NCBI RefSeq assembly: GCF_009914755.1
Contig: NC_060946.1
DNA length: 64,000 bases
Origin: the human T2T-CHM13v2.0 reference genome, Homo sapiens
Direction: 5' to 3' (one strand)
The position numbers and the translations under genes were made by a program. Below, one piece after another: positions 34,015-48,242 of this stretch. Each line of letters opens with the position of its first letter. Positions within the stretch are counted from its first letter, which is position 1. The notes beneath the pieces were generated by a model. That model saw only the letters and a list, made by a program, of their open reading frames with translations, searched no databases and was not told the DNA's origin.

Positions 34015-34509
34015 TTAGCTTCAAGTAACAGAATAGTCAACTAATTGTAGAAAAAATCACGGGGCAACTTTGACCAAATCGCACAACAAATAGATGGTAT
34101 CAATGGTTACTTAATTCAACATGATCCACTTCTTTGTGATTCTCTTATCTTTCTACGTATGTTTTCAAGATGGCTATGGCATTCCCAGCCTTACAACTTC
34201 ATGTGAAAAAATCCAATGGCAGGAAAGAATAAGCGATGGCATTTTGGAACTTTAAGGAAAAACTTTAAAGATTGGAAAACAGGGATTCCATATGTCCAGT
34301 AACATGGGATAGCCGCTCCTTATCAAGGATTGCTGTATGTCCTGAATGACTTTCTAACGTAATGAAGGTGAATAATCTGCTTTGTTTAATTATACAAACC
34401 CAAATGTAACTGCCTAAGTGCCAAGTACTTTTGCACGGTTTTAATATGCCATGAACTTTGCAGGAATGAAACTACTATGTATATGAGAAATGATGGTAGA
34501 TTTTTTCGT

Positions 34510-34949
34510 TTAGATACTCATTTCAGAGTCTCAATAGGAAAAAGAGAACACACACAAACTAAGATAATTTAACATGGGTTTATTTCCAAAGAGACTACTT
34601 ATGAAAATATCAGGGGAGAAGGGTGAAGGAATCACAGAAATCACACCCCACAATAACTCTGGGTTAGTAGCAGCAGGCAGAGTTCTGGGGAGTAAACTGC
34701 CCTGATCACACAAGGAAATACTAATTTTCTTATGAAAAAGATTGGTCAAGGAGACCTAGCAGAGAGGGAGTTTAGGCAATAACCCCCAATCCCATTTCCT
34801 CCTTCCCTTTAATCTCATGAACATGCATAGAAGGCAATGAGCAAGGGAACCGATTGAGATATTCAATATGGACCATTCCACTTGGACAAAAGCCAGTAAA
34901 TTGGGGGGTATAACAGGGGACAAGGGGCAAACAGAAAGTATCTATTACA
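34510..34949 (-). mobile_element. LTR33-like ERVL solo LTR
   Basis: The reverse strand begins TGTAATAGATACTTTCTGTTTGCCCC and contains TCAATCGGTTCCCTTGCTC, matching the LTR33 5' end. Confidence 0.65.
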
Positions 34950-35814
34950 TTTACCAATGCAGATTAATCATGTCAAAAATAGAAATGGCAGTTTTGGCAT
35001 TTGGTTATTCAATGAAATTATATTTGTAGCTTTTTATTTAAAATGTTTCAAGGTATGGGTGAGGATATGAAAATTTCATTATGTTCTATTGTATTTGACA
35101 TGTAAATGTTCTGGCACAATTATATACATTTTTGGATTATATATTGACTGTGAATTATTTCTCCTTTGTTAGCTTCAGCATAACATTAATATTTTCAACA
35201 ACTTGAATGCATACATTGTGTTCTCACTAATAGTTTAGAATAGTGAAGGGGTCTTTGAAGAATTTCTTATGAAGTAGAGGCATTGGGTCAGACAGAGCCA
35301 AATACCATTGGCTTAGATTAATCACTATTTATCCTAGGGCTGAAGAGGGCCAACTGAAGACACAAATGTTCAATCCCTCTATGACCTGGAAGTTCTATGA
35401 ACCAGAGAAATAGAGACTGGTTCTTAAGGAGGTAATAAGTGTGTCTTCTATGGTTTATAATAATATGCATTGTCTTAACAATCGAATACTTAAAAGTTAA
35501 TGCCCTCATAATACGCAAAATTTTTAATAAGCACGTTGGTCCCTGTGTTCAAGTAGTTGGTAATCAAATTAATGAAGTATGGTAAGTCTTTTGAAGAGCA
35601 TTAAACAGCAGAGAATGTAAGAAATTTGTCTCTATAATAGTGTGGGCCTTCTGTGTTTCCTAAGGGCACATTCATATGATCAAATAACTGAGCAGAGAGA
35701 AGCCTAAAGGATAGTTTATGGTTTCATTTGTTTGTTTTTGCCAATTAACATACATTTCTAGATTAAAAGTCAACTATCTTTTCCTCGGGAGTCAACTATA
35801 GGAGAAGATAGTGA

Positions 35815-36200
35815 AGAGGCAAGGAAAACTACAGCAGCTCGACAGCTTTACCCTGGAAATATCTGTATTGTGTACCGCTATAGCCTACCTTTATCAGTCA
35901 GATAACAATGTCAAAGAGGCAAGCTTGGCACCATTGCTCTTAGTGAATCCCTGCTGCCAGCCTTTTATCCTAAGTGCTCTCAAAACACCCATTTAATGGA
36001 CCTTCCTGAAATTGTGCTCAGGATCAATATGAGGCTCATTGATACAGCATTTTTGGAACTCACCATTTGCTTATTTCTTAAACCTGGGATAGTTGCCCAA
36101 CTTCTATCATCTGAAATCCTCTCCATGACTTTCAAAATTACCAACATTGGTTCCAACATCATTCCTAGAAAATATTTCAATGGAGTATATTTATCTGACA
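35815..36200 (-). mobile_element. Ancient CR1/L3 LINE reverse-transcriptase remnant
   Basis: Reverse translation ISDDRSWATIPGLRNKQMVSSKNAVSMSLILILSTISGRSIK followed by EHL...QQGFTKS parallels the CR1 RT motif order PEDWxxANVxPIFKKG...NYRPVSL...GKILExIIK...QHGF. Confidence 0.6.
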
Positions 36201-37794
36201 TTTGACTGTATTTATAGCAGTAAGAATCTATGATGATTCCTCCCAAAATAATCCCACAATTACCCATTTTGGGTCACCTTTGAGGGTCTTATCCTTAATA
36301 TCAGAGATCTGTTCTATACATTGGAGTCTTAGAAATAATTACTAGCTTCTCTCTGAATTTAACTGAAGTTCCTTACTTTTATTCAGCCTGTTACCCAAAT
36401 TGCATAATGTATTGAAGGCTAAAAACCTTCCAAATTTCTGATTACATTTAGTTAAAAATGGGAATATGACTTTTTCTTTTTCTAACTTGGCAAAGATTAT
36501 GTTTTTTTCATGAAGAAATGTAGACATATTTGAACACTCAGGTTCTGAGAATTTGAAATACATGAAACTTAGCAAGTGGTCTTTAAATAGTTTTCATTTC
36601 TAAATTATAGTACATACCATTGAATGCTACAGAAGAAAAGACAATGAGGGATTACTCATAAACATTGCCTTTATGATATCCTTCCAAAGAAAACCAAGTG
36701 TCCCTGTGCTTGGACTCATAAAGCAGAAATGCTTACCTTGCTTTTCTGTCACTAACAAACAATTATGCCTAGTCATTGAATTCTAACGCATTTAAGCCAT
36801 CTTGAGAGTAGAGCCCCTAGGGAAAACTACAAATGGAAAATTCATTGATTTTTGATTTTGCTTTCCTATGGATTAAATTTAATGATTTCTTGTAAATCTC
36901 TCCCTTTGTTGATCATACGTGATAAATAGTTATCCAACTTTCTACATGTCCACCCAGAGCTGCTTCCATATGAAGAGGTGGAAATGGATTCTGTGCATGA
37001 TACTGGTTAAGATTGGGAACTGTTTTTTTTTTTAAAGGAGATTTTTAAAATTTGTTTTCCTTGTACACATAGCCATAATATTGTGTTGCTAACTGCCCTC
37101 CGGGAACAAAGTCATACCAATCACAAGTGTATTGCCTAAAGCGGGAGGCTTATTACTCTGCTGTGAATTCCATCTCCTATTATGTTTTAAAGATGCTACA
37201 AACTTGAGACTTTACTATGTAGATGACATTCCCAGCAAATCCCTAAACAACACTTAATGAGATTTCAAATACCAGGATCATGCAACAGTAAAAGATATAA
37301 GGAAATAAAGAAAAGCACAGTATATGTGTAGAAGGCATTAAAACACAAATTTTATAATTATGAATGCATATAATAAGGAACAAGTTTTATTCTAAATAGC
37401 AATTAAATCAGAACTACTATACAGGGAATAAAAGTGAATATTAAACCATTGTACCGACAATAACAGAGCCCTTTTTCTGCTGCATGATGGAATTTAGTGT
37501 TTACTAAGGAAGAAAAAAATGCAAGATATCTTAAATTTGGTACTTTCCAACAAATTTAAGAAATGTGTACACACTTGAGGAGACTTAAGAAGTCTCTGAC
37601 TAAAACACTAGAAAAGAAAAGCAGTGAAAAGCCAAATAAATATTACTCAACAATAACAACATTGGTTACTATTATATTAATATTAAACACACTATTAAGC
37701 AACAACATTTCAGTTACTCACTGAGCCCAAAGTCATTTTTCATGAACAATTCACAACACTGATAACCTATTGAAAAATGATTAAAAACAAAAAA

Positions 37795-37950
37795 TTTATT
37801 GCTTTCCAAGTCCTTTTAAAGCCTTCTCATGTGTCATTTCATATAATCCTTATAATGAATCTATGGAGTATATACTGACTTTATCTCTGTACAGAAAAGA
37901 AAACTGAGTCATATTCAGAATAAGTTGCAAAGTTCCCCAGATAATCAGTG
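37795..37950 (-). mobile_element. MIR remnant
   Basis: TCATATAATCCTTATAA...TACAGAAAAGAAAACTGAG, the antisense MIR core. Confidence 0.55.
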
Positions 37951-37994
37951 TCATAAGTGAAATTTGTTGTCACAGTGTACTCAAGTGTAATTTA

Positions 37995-38225
37995 GGGAAG
38001 CAGTACAAATGATGGTTGAAAGCACAGGTTCTGGGGTAAATAGCCTGAAGTCAAAATCTAGTTCATATCCTCAGTGGCTGTGTGATCTTGGGAAATTTCC
38101 CTTAACTCTCTGCTTCTTGGTTTTATAGTTTCATCCATTTTTGCCTCTTATATGAGGTGGTGAGCATTACACTAGTTTATGGCTCTAGGACACTGAAAAC
38201 AGTACCTGGCTCTTGATAAATATTA
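37995..38225 (+). mobile_element. MIR
   Basis: GGTTGAAAGCACAGGTTCTGG...GCTGTGTGATCTTGGGAAATTTCCCTTAACTCTCTG MIR core. Confidence 0.75.
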
Positions 38226-38839
38226 CCAATTTTGTTTCATTTTCTTCACCTTGAGTATTTCATGGCCAGATGGAAATCAATGTCAATATGAAAAAATGTT
38301 CATAATTCAACAGGAAGAAATAAAAAACCATATAAACAACTTTGTTTTACTGGCAAGTGTATTTGGAAGCTATGTCAAATTGAGAAGGGGAAGGGAGAGC
38401 CTCTAAGGGCATTGATTAATCAATGACTAAAAGCTGATGAGATTTGTCTGGAATTTTTTTTGGAGACTCTGAGACTTAAAATTTTGACAAAATAAGGAGA
38501 TGAATTGAGTAGTGTAGAAGAGACATTTTCTGAAGTCAGCAGAGAAAGGAGAGACAAATATGGTAAGGGGAAAATGGTATGAAGTAATAATATCTATGAA
38601 GTGCTTTCTAAAGTATAACACATGTAAATTGTGTTAAATGTAAACTATCATGATTATATCATTACTGTCTGACTGATACAACTATATCCACCTCAGTTAG
38701 CCACATAAGATCAATTTTCCTATACCTTAGAGAATACCAGTAACCTCCAGTTCAGAAACAGCATAAATATCTATCCACAGCTGAGCAGACACATACAGCT
38801 AGCTACCAGATGAAATGGGCTATGTCTTCAAATATTATT

Positions 38840-39070
38840 GTTTTCTATTTTTCAATTGTGGCAAAACACACTCAACAATTTGCATCTTAACCACTGTTAA
38901 GTATACAATTCAGTGTTATTAAATGTATTCACAATGTTGTGCAAGCATCACCACCACCCATATCCATAATTCTTTTTGTCTTGAAAATTGAAATCCTGTA
39001 CCCATTAAAAAGTGACTCCCCATTCCCCACCCTCCCAGGGCAACTACAGCTTTACTTTCTGTCTTGATGA
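38840..39070 (-). mobile_element. L1MB-type 3' end
   Basis: AATTGTGG...CATCTTAACCA...TATTCACAATGTTGTGCAA...TGTACCCATTAAA. Confidence 0.8.
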
Positions 39071-39689
39071 ATCATACAATATCAAATGCAATTTTTAAAA
39101 TATTTAAAATCTTTTGTCTGGAAGCAAAGTGGAAGTTAATATCAATGGCTATGCCTTCAGTGAGTTCTGAGACCACATTACAATGTAGTTAACCATTTAT
39201 CTTTTATTATGTTCTAGACCTATTATTTCTTCCTGGCACAAAAATATCTTCTTTGTAGATTATGGCATTTACCTCTATCTCCACACCATTTTGGTCTCTC
39301 ATCCACAGATCATCAGCCTCTTGCTTAGTGTTCCATTTAATGACAATTTCTATTTAGTATACAACAGTCCTTCCCCCTGCAATGCAATTTCTTCACTCTT
39401 TAAAGTTCTGAGTCTCGCTACTGTTCTCTGTTTTGTACTCATCCCTAGAGCCATGTCTTCAAATATTTCTCAGAACTTCTTCACATCTAAAAATCTAGGA
39501 TTAATTTATTGCTCTCTGATTATATTCTTCTGGTATTTCAAGTATGCTGTATAACTTGTTCATCTGCCCTTGCTTTTCTTCTACATCAACATGTCAAGTT
39601 CATGGACTTCCCAATTAATCATTTTAAAAATTTATTTCAAGCCTTTATGAGTCACTACAATGTACATATGTTCTCAGGAATTATGGCCC

Positions 39690-40150
39690 TACAATTTGTA
39701 TGTGAGAATAGTTCCTGTGTCAGGCATTATGGACATAAGAATAAATAAATTCTAGCCCCTGCCTACAAGGAGCTAATTCCCAGCCTAAGACAGATTGCAT
39801 GCCAATAATATGCAGAGTTTTAAGTCTAAGGAAACTGATTGAGATGTACCTAATTCGAGCTGGGAATATCAGAAGAAAAACTTTTTGAAAGTCATGAGAC
39901 ATGAGCTGTGCCTAAAAGAATAAAAAAATAGAGAAATAAGAAGAAATAAATTAGGGAATGAGATGGGTATAATAGTAGAAAAAGGAAATCTCCTTAGATA
40001 AAACAGGTTATGAGAGTATATAGGAGGCTTATTAACTCAGTGTGGTTGGAGAAAACAGGTTGAAAGGAGAAATAGCGGAGAAAGTTACAAAGGGAATCAA
40101 AAGTGTTAGTAGTTGAGGGAAAAGCAAATATTGAATACGACCCATAGATC
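39690..40150 (-). mobile_element. L2 remnant
   Basis: CTGTGTCAGGCATT...CCCTGCCTACAAGGAGCT followed by purine-rich sequence typical of an antisense L2 3' end. Confidence 0.55.
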
Positions 40151-40702
40151 TTGGATAGCCCAGTGTTTGGTAGTAGCTTACATAAAAAGTTGTGACAAAA
40201 TAACCAGAGATAAGTGGAGAAAATAATAACTGAGTGTTATATTTCCTCTCAGTAGAAACCTAAAAAAAATTGTAATCACACACTGATCTTTTAACTGACC
40301 TCCACTTATCTTGCTGCCTGGATTGGCATACATATTCCTCTGCCTGAAAAATTGCTCAATACTTTTGAAAGGTTGTTTCTCACTGTTACACCCAGGCATT
40401 TCTGCAAACACCAGCTGAGTTGTAAGGGGCCCTCCAGGAGACCTAGGTTGTTCTCCTTATCACATACATTATTTTCATTTATCAATTTACCCAGAACATC
40501 TAATGAAATATTATGGACACCAATAACGTGAATACAAATATAGCTATAGACCCTAAAAAGTAAATTGATGTCTCTTGAAAGGCTGTCATGTCTTAGATGC
40601 TAAATTTGGAGTATGTGTTTCTAATAAATAAATAGCTTGCTTTAATCGTTCTGATTTATGAATGTAATATAGGGGAGCAGCTTTGATTTCGCCCTTAATC
40701 TT

Positions 40703-40872
40703 AAAAAAAATTAGCTGGGTGTGGTGGTGGGCACCTGTAGTCCCAGCTACTCAGGAGGCTGAAGCAGGAAAATGGTGTGCACCTGGGAGGCGGAGCTTGC
40801 AGTAAGCCAAAATTGTGCCACTGCTCTCCAGCCTGAGTGACAGTGCGAGACTCTGTCTCAAAAAAAAAAAAA
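40703..40872 (+). mobile_element. 5'-truncated AluY-like (right arm only)
   Basis: AAAATTAGCTGGG...GGCGGAGCTTGCAG (AluY-type) followed by poly(A). Confidence 0.9.
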
Positions 40873-41280
40873 GATCATAGAAGAAGTAAATGATGATTTA
40901 GCATAAAACACAACTTTAGCCTAAAACACAGTTCATAGGGCTCAAACTTTGTTATTTTATGGGATTATACTAACCAGTTAATATTCAAAATTTACCATTT
41001 CAAAAGAAGAAATATTGGTCTGGGAAAATTGCCTTTGCTTATACAGAAGAATGGAGGAATCTTTTTGAGCACAACAATTCTAATGATCTTCCTCATCACT
41101 GGTTCCAAAACCAAGCCCATGGAAGGCCTACATGGGGATAATGTGGAGAACATGCAAAAGAAATACACATCTCCAGCTCCTCAACTCAGAGCTCCAAGGG
41201 AATGACCAAGGAAGCTGTATTGTCCTAAGAAATTTGAGACTGTTTTGACTTACATTAAATCCTGCTCAATTATATGTATG

Positions 41281-41283
<3 letters not shown>

Positions 41284-41314
<31 letters not shown>
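41284..41314. repeat. (CA)n microsatellite
   Basis: Pure AC run of about 15 units. Confidence 0.95.
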
Positions 41315-41317
<3 letters not shown>

Positions 41318-41811
41318 GGTGTTGTCAGTGAAGCCTCTAACAATGCATCTTGACTGGACAGATTTGACAATTAAAATGGCTGGAAGAAAATAGGGCTTCA
41401 TAAGTGGAACTTACTGTTCACATTACACATTAAAAGGACATCTCCTAAATTAAATCTTGTCTATGATAAAAGGCAGAAAATCATGACCCAAGGCTAGTTT
41501 ATAACTGTAGAAATGTTCAAGATAGACCAATGTTTGCCATGTTTAGGAACTGACAATAAAGTACAGGTCTTTATAATCTACCATTTTGCCTCATTTGATA
41601 CCAGGTGACCTTCATAATGCAGGCAATAGAGAATTGCAAGATTTGTCAGAGATTTCAGGTCTTTGGAAAGCTATGCTCTTTCACAAGAACAGCCATGGAA
41701 ACAGGAAGAAAGTCAATTCCCACTTAAGGTAATCAGAATTTACAAATATTCATTTCTTCATTGAAATCTCAATAGGCACTTCAATATTATCTTTAATTAA
41801 TTCTTTTGTTA

Positions 41812-42186
41812 CAATCACGCATCACATAACAACATTTTGGTCAAGGATAGTGCACATGTATGACAGTGGTGCAATAATATCATAACACTGTATTTTTACT
41901 GTACCTCTTGTATCTTTAGACATGTATAGATACATTTACTGTATAGATATAAGTAAGTATAGATATACTTAACTGTTGTGTTACAATTGCCTACAGTATT
42001 CAGTACAGTAACATGCTGCACTTGTTTGTAGCCTAGGAGGAATAGGCTATACCACCTAACCTAGGTATGCAATCAGCTATAGCATCTAGGTTTGTGTAAG
42101 TAAACTCTGTGATGTTCATACAATAATAAAATTGTCCAGCAATGCATTTCTTAGTCACACCCCTGTCATTAAGTGACACATGACTG
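41812..42186 (+). mobile_element. Tigger3a-like (MER7) DNA transposon
   Basis: TA-flanked inverted termini CAATCACGCATCACATAAC/TTAAGTGACACATGACTG. Internal GTTACAATTGCCTACAGTATTCAGTACAGTAACATGCTG. Confidence 0.88.
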
Positions 42187-44097
42187 TATTAGTTAACACT
42201 ATGGGAACTTCATGGGAAATGGTCACTGCAGCTCCACCATAAATAGAAACTGTTTATGTCAAAAAACACATAAAAGCATAGTTGCAAGATTATAATTCCT
42301 TCCAGATATTTCATTTAGTATCTCCACAGATCACTCACTGCCTGAATAGCATTCTTGTGTCTCCACTGCCTTACATTTGATTTCAGGTCATTCCATCAAT
42401 TGTCAAAGACGCATCCAACATTAACTTTCCAACTACTGGTTTGGATTGTGTCAACATTGTCATCCTGGGCCACAACAACACAAAAGGCTAACTCAGTGAG
42501 GTAACATAGACACTGATCAGTGAGATTTTGCTGATGGGTGGTACCATTTTTTTACTAAGATCAAGGGTATTCATACCTTCAGGCATCTAGGTAACATTGA
42601 AAAGGGCAGGTTCATAGATAAAAAGGGAAAGAGGAAGGGTTTATGCAGTATGCATGAGCTACCATGTCTCCTGTTTAACCTGAGTCTGAAGAGATTCAAA
42701 GTGCAGGTGCCATGAATGCCTCTTTAATAGTTCAATGTCGATTGATTTTCTGGGCTACATTTCCCAGCATTCAAATTGCTAAATGCATATAAACTACTAC
42801 TGAATATTTATTACCTGGATTTGTGCTTTTGAGTGACCTTATCTATAGTTATGTGCTTCAGTGATCCAACTTGGGGTGGACTCCAAACTTTGATAAATTA
42901 AAGACCCTGCTTATTCCTTGAGTATTGCTACACTGACAACTGATTTAGTGAATGCCACTGTGAAAATAATAAACCTCTTGGTGAATATATTTAGACATGT
43001 CTTGTAACCTGTACACATCTTAACCAGGGATGTTACTTGGTCTTTCTATGTTCAGGAGTGTGTGGAGATAGAAAAACATACAGGATTGTAATTGTTGCCT
43101 GTGAGACTAACAGAAAATTCAAGCTAGTGAAGTATGTTTATGCATGGCACACTTCTCACCAGCAATTTTAGGAAGTTCTACCCACAACCCATATGTCTTT
43201 TGATATGTGTGTTACCTTGGAGAGAGAAAAAGAAACTCTGAACACAAGCATTAAATACTTTAGAATTTTATCTAGAGTTGGACTTGTCCGAAAGCTTTTG
43301 TATAAACTTGCTTGATGAGCAACTGTTGTCCACTGGTACCTTCACTGTACGATCCACACACAACCAAACTTCACAACTGGACACCTAAATTTGCACTTTG
43401 TTTGGTAAAGTTGGATGGAAAATGTTGTCTTTTAAGCTTATGTTCTCTTATGAAAGCTGTTATTAGATTAATTTTACTCCAAGATATGCCAGTTAGGAAA
43501 TAACTTCCAATTTAATTTCACCAGCTCCCTGTGGGTGGAGTAATTAGTCATACATCACACTTACTCTGGTGGTGAAATGCCTCAAAAGTAGGTCTCCAGA
43601 GTGTTGCTCTACCTAGAAGGACAAGAATGAAGAGACATAAAAATCATTCATTAAGAAGGAAGATTTTCCTTGCCTAGATTTTCACTTGTAGGATCCAATT
43701 AATTTTATCACTTAATATTTTGTCCTGGTGGGCATTCATTTTACAAATTTGTAAGGTCAGTAGAAATGGAAACTTTTGGAAATCGAACTGTAAATGTTCT
43801 GTAGACGTTGACAGAAATAGCTATTTGGAGCTGTGCTTTTGCCAACTAGACATTCTGAGAAAATCTGTGAGAGGATATTTTCAGGAAGTTATTGAACCCC
43901 CTAAAAATCAAGTTTATTGCTTTTACCATAAATAATTAATTTATTATCAACCACTTTCAATATTCCAATAAGTAACCTTTATTGTTTATTTCATTGACAT
44001 GATCTACATAGACACACAATTTATCTTCTTTTGCAATACATTCAGAAAATTTGCTGCCTGGAAAAGCCATGTTTTAAAATTACCACCTGTTTGATGA

Positions 44098-44343
44098 TTT
44101 TTTTTTGTACTTTAAGTTTTAGGGCATATGTGCACAACGCACAGTTTAGTTACACATGTATACATGTGCCATGTTGGTGTGCTGCACCCATTAACTCGTC
44201 ATTTAGCATTAGGTATATGTCCTAATGCTATCCCTCCCCCCTCCCCCACCCCACAACAGGCCCTGGTGTGTGATGTTCCCCTTCCTCTGTCCATGTGTTC
44301 TCATTGTTCAATTCCCACCTATGAGTGAGAACATGCAGTGTTT
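44098..44343 (-). mobile_element. 5'-truncated L1PA3-like 3' end (~245 bp)
   Basis: Antisense L1 3' UTR containing CATTTAGCATTAGG. Confidence 0.9.
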
Positions 44344-47300
44344 CATTTCCACTTAAGTATCTATCTCTATTTGTCCTTTATTTTCACTTCCATCCTAGCT
44401 CTATCCCTTGTCTCCTTCATGTGTCTCAGGATAAGTGTCCTATAACATTTTATATTTCTGGAAACCCTTCAATATGAAGTTATTACATGTAAAAATAAAA
44501 AGTCTGTTTTAGCGAACTTTTTCTTCACAAATTATATTTTCCTACTTCCCTATTAGACAATTATTGTAGGCTCCATATGCTATTAATTTATATTCACTTT
44601 TAGAAGAATTTTCATCAAAAGCAAAAGTCTTATGTAAATTGATTATATGCTATTTATACTTCTATGTATATATACACACATAGCCACATACATATATGTA
44701 ACTCCAGAGGCCTGCCTGGACTGTTTAATAATTGTATTGAACAAGAGCAAGAAAAAGCTGTTCAAATTTCAAACAACAAGTTGAACTGAAGAGCTCACAT
44801 CATTGAATTAAATAGACAATAGTAGCCTTTAAAAATTAAACATTTCTACTGTTTTAAAAAATTATAGCCATCATAGTATGAGGGAAAAATGTAATAATCT
44901 TTTTTAATTCTTGCCATTTTATTAACCACAGACTCCTTATGCCCTAACTTCATTGGTACCCCTTTGAGATTAAACAGAACACTTAATTTAAAATTCTGAT
45001 AAATAAATTAATTACACCATTTACTTGAGGTACTCTTTCACCTTTCAAGAAATATTTTGAGAATTCATTAGCTAAATATTGCTATAATGCAGGCTAGTAA
45101 TAAATGGAAATAATGAATTCATTGTAAAGTTGAAACTAATGATGGTATGATCTGGAATTTTTGTTAACTTAGAAGACATAATTAGCTTTAGAGGTGAAAT
45201 GAAAGACAAAATCACTTCACATATTAGTAAAAAACAAATAATATAACTTTATAAGCTACTGTTGTTCTTTTGCTATTAAGAAGCAATGACATCTGTAATT
45301 AGGGAAGATTATGGAAAGTTAAAGATGAGAATACATGCAGTCTATCTACAGGAAACCTAAACTGTTTAGGTTAAGGAAATGTCTGAGAAAGTCATATTAA
45401 TTAGCAGGTTCACAGGAAACTAACATTTATTGTATAAATTCCATGGTAAAATGTATTAGGGCTCCAGGCACACAACTGTGTGCCATCTACGTTACCACAC
45501 AGTGCTTACTTCTTTCAGTCTTTATTCATTTCTCTCCTAATGGTCTGTATGGTATTATTACATAGTTCTAAAAACCTTCCATGAGGCAGAAATTTCATTT
45601 AATCATATAGCTTCAAAAATAATGAAAAACAGTAGAAACTTTCTAATTTTTTATGAAGCAGAATTGTTGAATTTTCAGTTTCATTTATTTAATGTTAGAA
45701 GATGACAAACATATTTCTTTAATTCCCTCTTGTTATTTTTATCTAACGTCAACCAAAGCCATTTCTTTCATTTGAAGGTGAAAACTGCTCATCAAAATCC
45801 AGTTTAAGCTGAGAAACAAAGAACTAAATTTTGCATGAGAGATTATACACTGCATAAGTATAAAACAGGACCAGAAACAATGGTGGATTAGCAATTTTTA
45901 AAAAGACAAAATCAGGTTATCATCAAATCAATTGTTACCAACACACCAATTCCACCTCTAGACCAAAAAATTAGCCACTTACCCACGGGAAAAGAATGAT
46001 TGAAGACAAAGTTCACCAGTGAAAGTTGGTTATTTTTTTCCATCCTTGCAGCAACTAAAATGATATCTACAGTTCCTCTTAACACTTTTCTTACTTTCAA
46101 ATATGTGGGTATGCTTCATTAGCTGAGGCCATGTTCCATATGTACATCTGGCTACAAGGGAAACTGGGAATGTGAGCCCTGATCCTAATGTTTGTAGAAT
46201 ATTTAGAAATTTGAGAATTCCCTCCAAATAAAGAGTTTTTTAAAACATTGTTAGACAAAAGTTTGAATTACAAAATGTGGTAGTAGCTCAGGTCTAACTC
46301 AAATGCAGGGAAAAAAACTATTAACTCTAAAAAAATTAAATACATATTTGATGGTAATGAGAAACAGAAAACAGGCAGAAATAGTAGAATATTCAACCAC
46401 TGATGAAGTATTTGACCACAGAATAAAGAAAATTGCAATGATTTAAATTTGCATCAATGCAACTTCACACCTGATGACGCTTCCCAGTCTGTGCAAAATT
46501 AGATGTCTACGAGTAAAGTGGTGAGTTTTACTAGTTTGAGGAATAAGAGCACAGAGTTCCAGGCTGACAGAAAAGAAGAACTGGGAAATTTGAATGACAT
46601 GGGAGGAAATCTCACGCAACTGAAAGTCACAGAGGAGAATGTCACAGAGTAAAAAAACCTAAAATCAACACTTAAACTTCATTCAGATATGTGATGGCTG
46701 CTACATTTCACATTCATAAAAAGAGACTCCATAGAATCCAGCAGAAAACAACAGCTAAATTGTTAGTACAGAGCAGAGATTTCAACCATTACATATAGCT
46801 CAGGAGTGAAAGATTGGTGTTTGACTACAGAAAAAAGACTAATGTTAGAAAAGGTCACTCTTCAAAGGAAAATAAAAGAACATATCTCTACAAAATATCA
46901 TACACATAATCTAACATATAATTTAACCTGCCTAGACATAGAACCAGGAAAATATGAAGCATAAAAAAAAGTAAACAATGGATTAAAACATTGAAATGGC
47001 CCACGTGCTGGGATTAGAAGATAAGAAATTTAAAATAAGCTATTATAAGCATATTCAAGGATTTAAGGAATAGATGGTCATAAGAGGGAATATATGCAGA
47101 ATCTCAACAGAGAAGTGAAAACGATAAAGAGATAATAGGACAAATTTTAGAACTGAGAGACAGAATATCTTGCATAAAAATGTCATTGTATGCACATACA
47201 AGTAAATTAAAGATGGCAGAAAAAACTATCAGTGCACTTAAAAACAGATCAAGAACAATTTCCCAATACGGTTAATACAAACGAAGAAAAATAATAAAAT

Positions 47301-48242
47301 TAGGTCCAGTCTAGCACTAATATAATTGGAGTCCTAGAAAGAGTAGAGAAGAAAATGAGACAGAAAAAGCTATTTGAAAAAGTAAAGATCAAAAGTTTTC
47401 CTAATTGTCAGCATATATCAACTTACAGGTTTAAGAATCTCAAAGAACAGAATAAAAATAAAGAGAACCAAATGTAGACATACCATAGTCAAAACACTGG
47501 GCAAAAAAAGAGTAAATCTTGAAAGTAGCTAAAGGGAGGGAGAAAATAATTTACATACGTGGAAACAAATACACAGATGACCTGTCACCAGAAATGACAC
47601 TTTAAAAAGCAATGAAAGTACATCTTCAAAATAAAAAAAAAACCTGTCAACTCCAAATTCTATAACTAGAAAAAGTGATTCTTGAGAAAATAAAGATTTA
47701 TTCAGATAAAAGAAAGCTTCAAACAATTGTCATTAGCAGACCTAGATGCAAGAAATGCAAATGGAAATTTTTTAGGCTAAAGAAAGATAACAACAGATGG
47801 AAATTCTGACCTACAGGAAACAAGGAGAAGCTCTAGGAATCGCATGTGCATAAACATGAAAAACTAAGACTTTTTTCTTTTAGTTTTATAACAAACAACT
47901 GATGGTTTAAATAAAAAATTAAGTGTACTATTGATAATGTATGTAGAGTAAAATATTCTAAATTAATAGCTCTGACAGTAGACTAAACGCAACTATTTTG
48001 CCGCAACTTTTCTTTATGTTACATGAAAACGTTGACTATTAACACTAAGTGGACTGCGATAAGCCCAGGATGTTTATTATAATCCTTAGAGAACCACCAC
48101 ATTTTATGAAGATATTCTTCTAAAATGCCAATAAAGGAATTAAAATCGAACGCTAAATATTGTTCAGTTAATATAAAAAGGCATGAAAGAAAGAACAGAG
48201 GAGCAAAAAATGATGGAACAAATAGAACATAAGAGCAAAATA

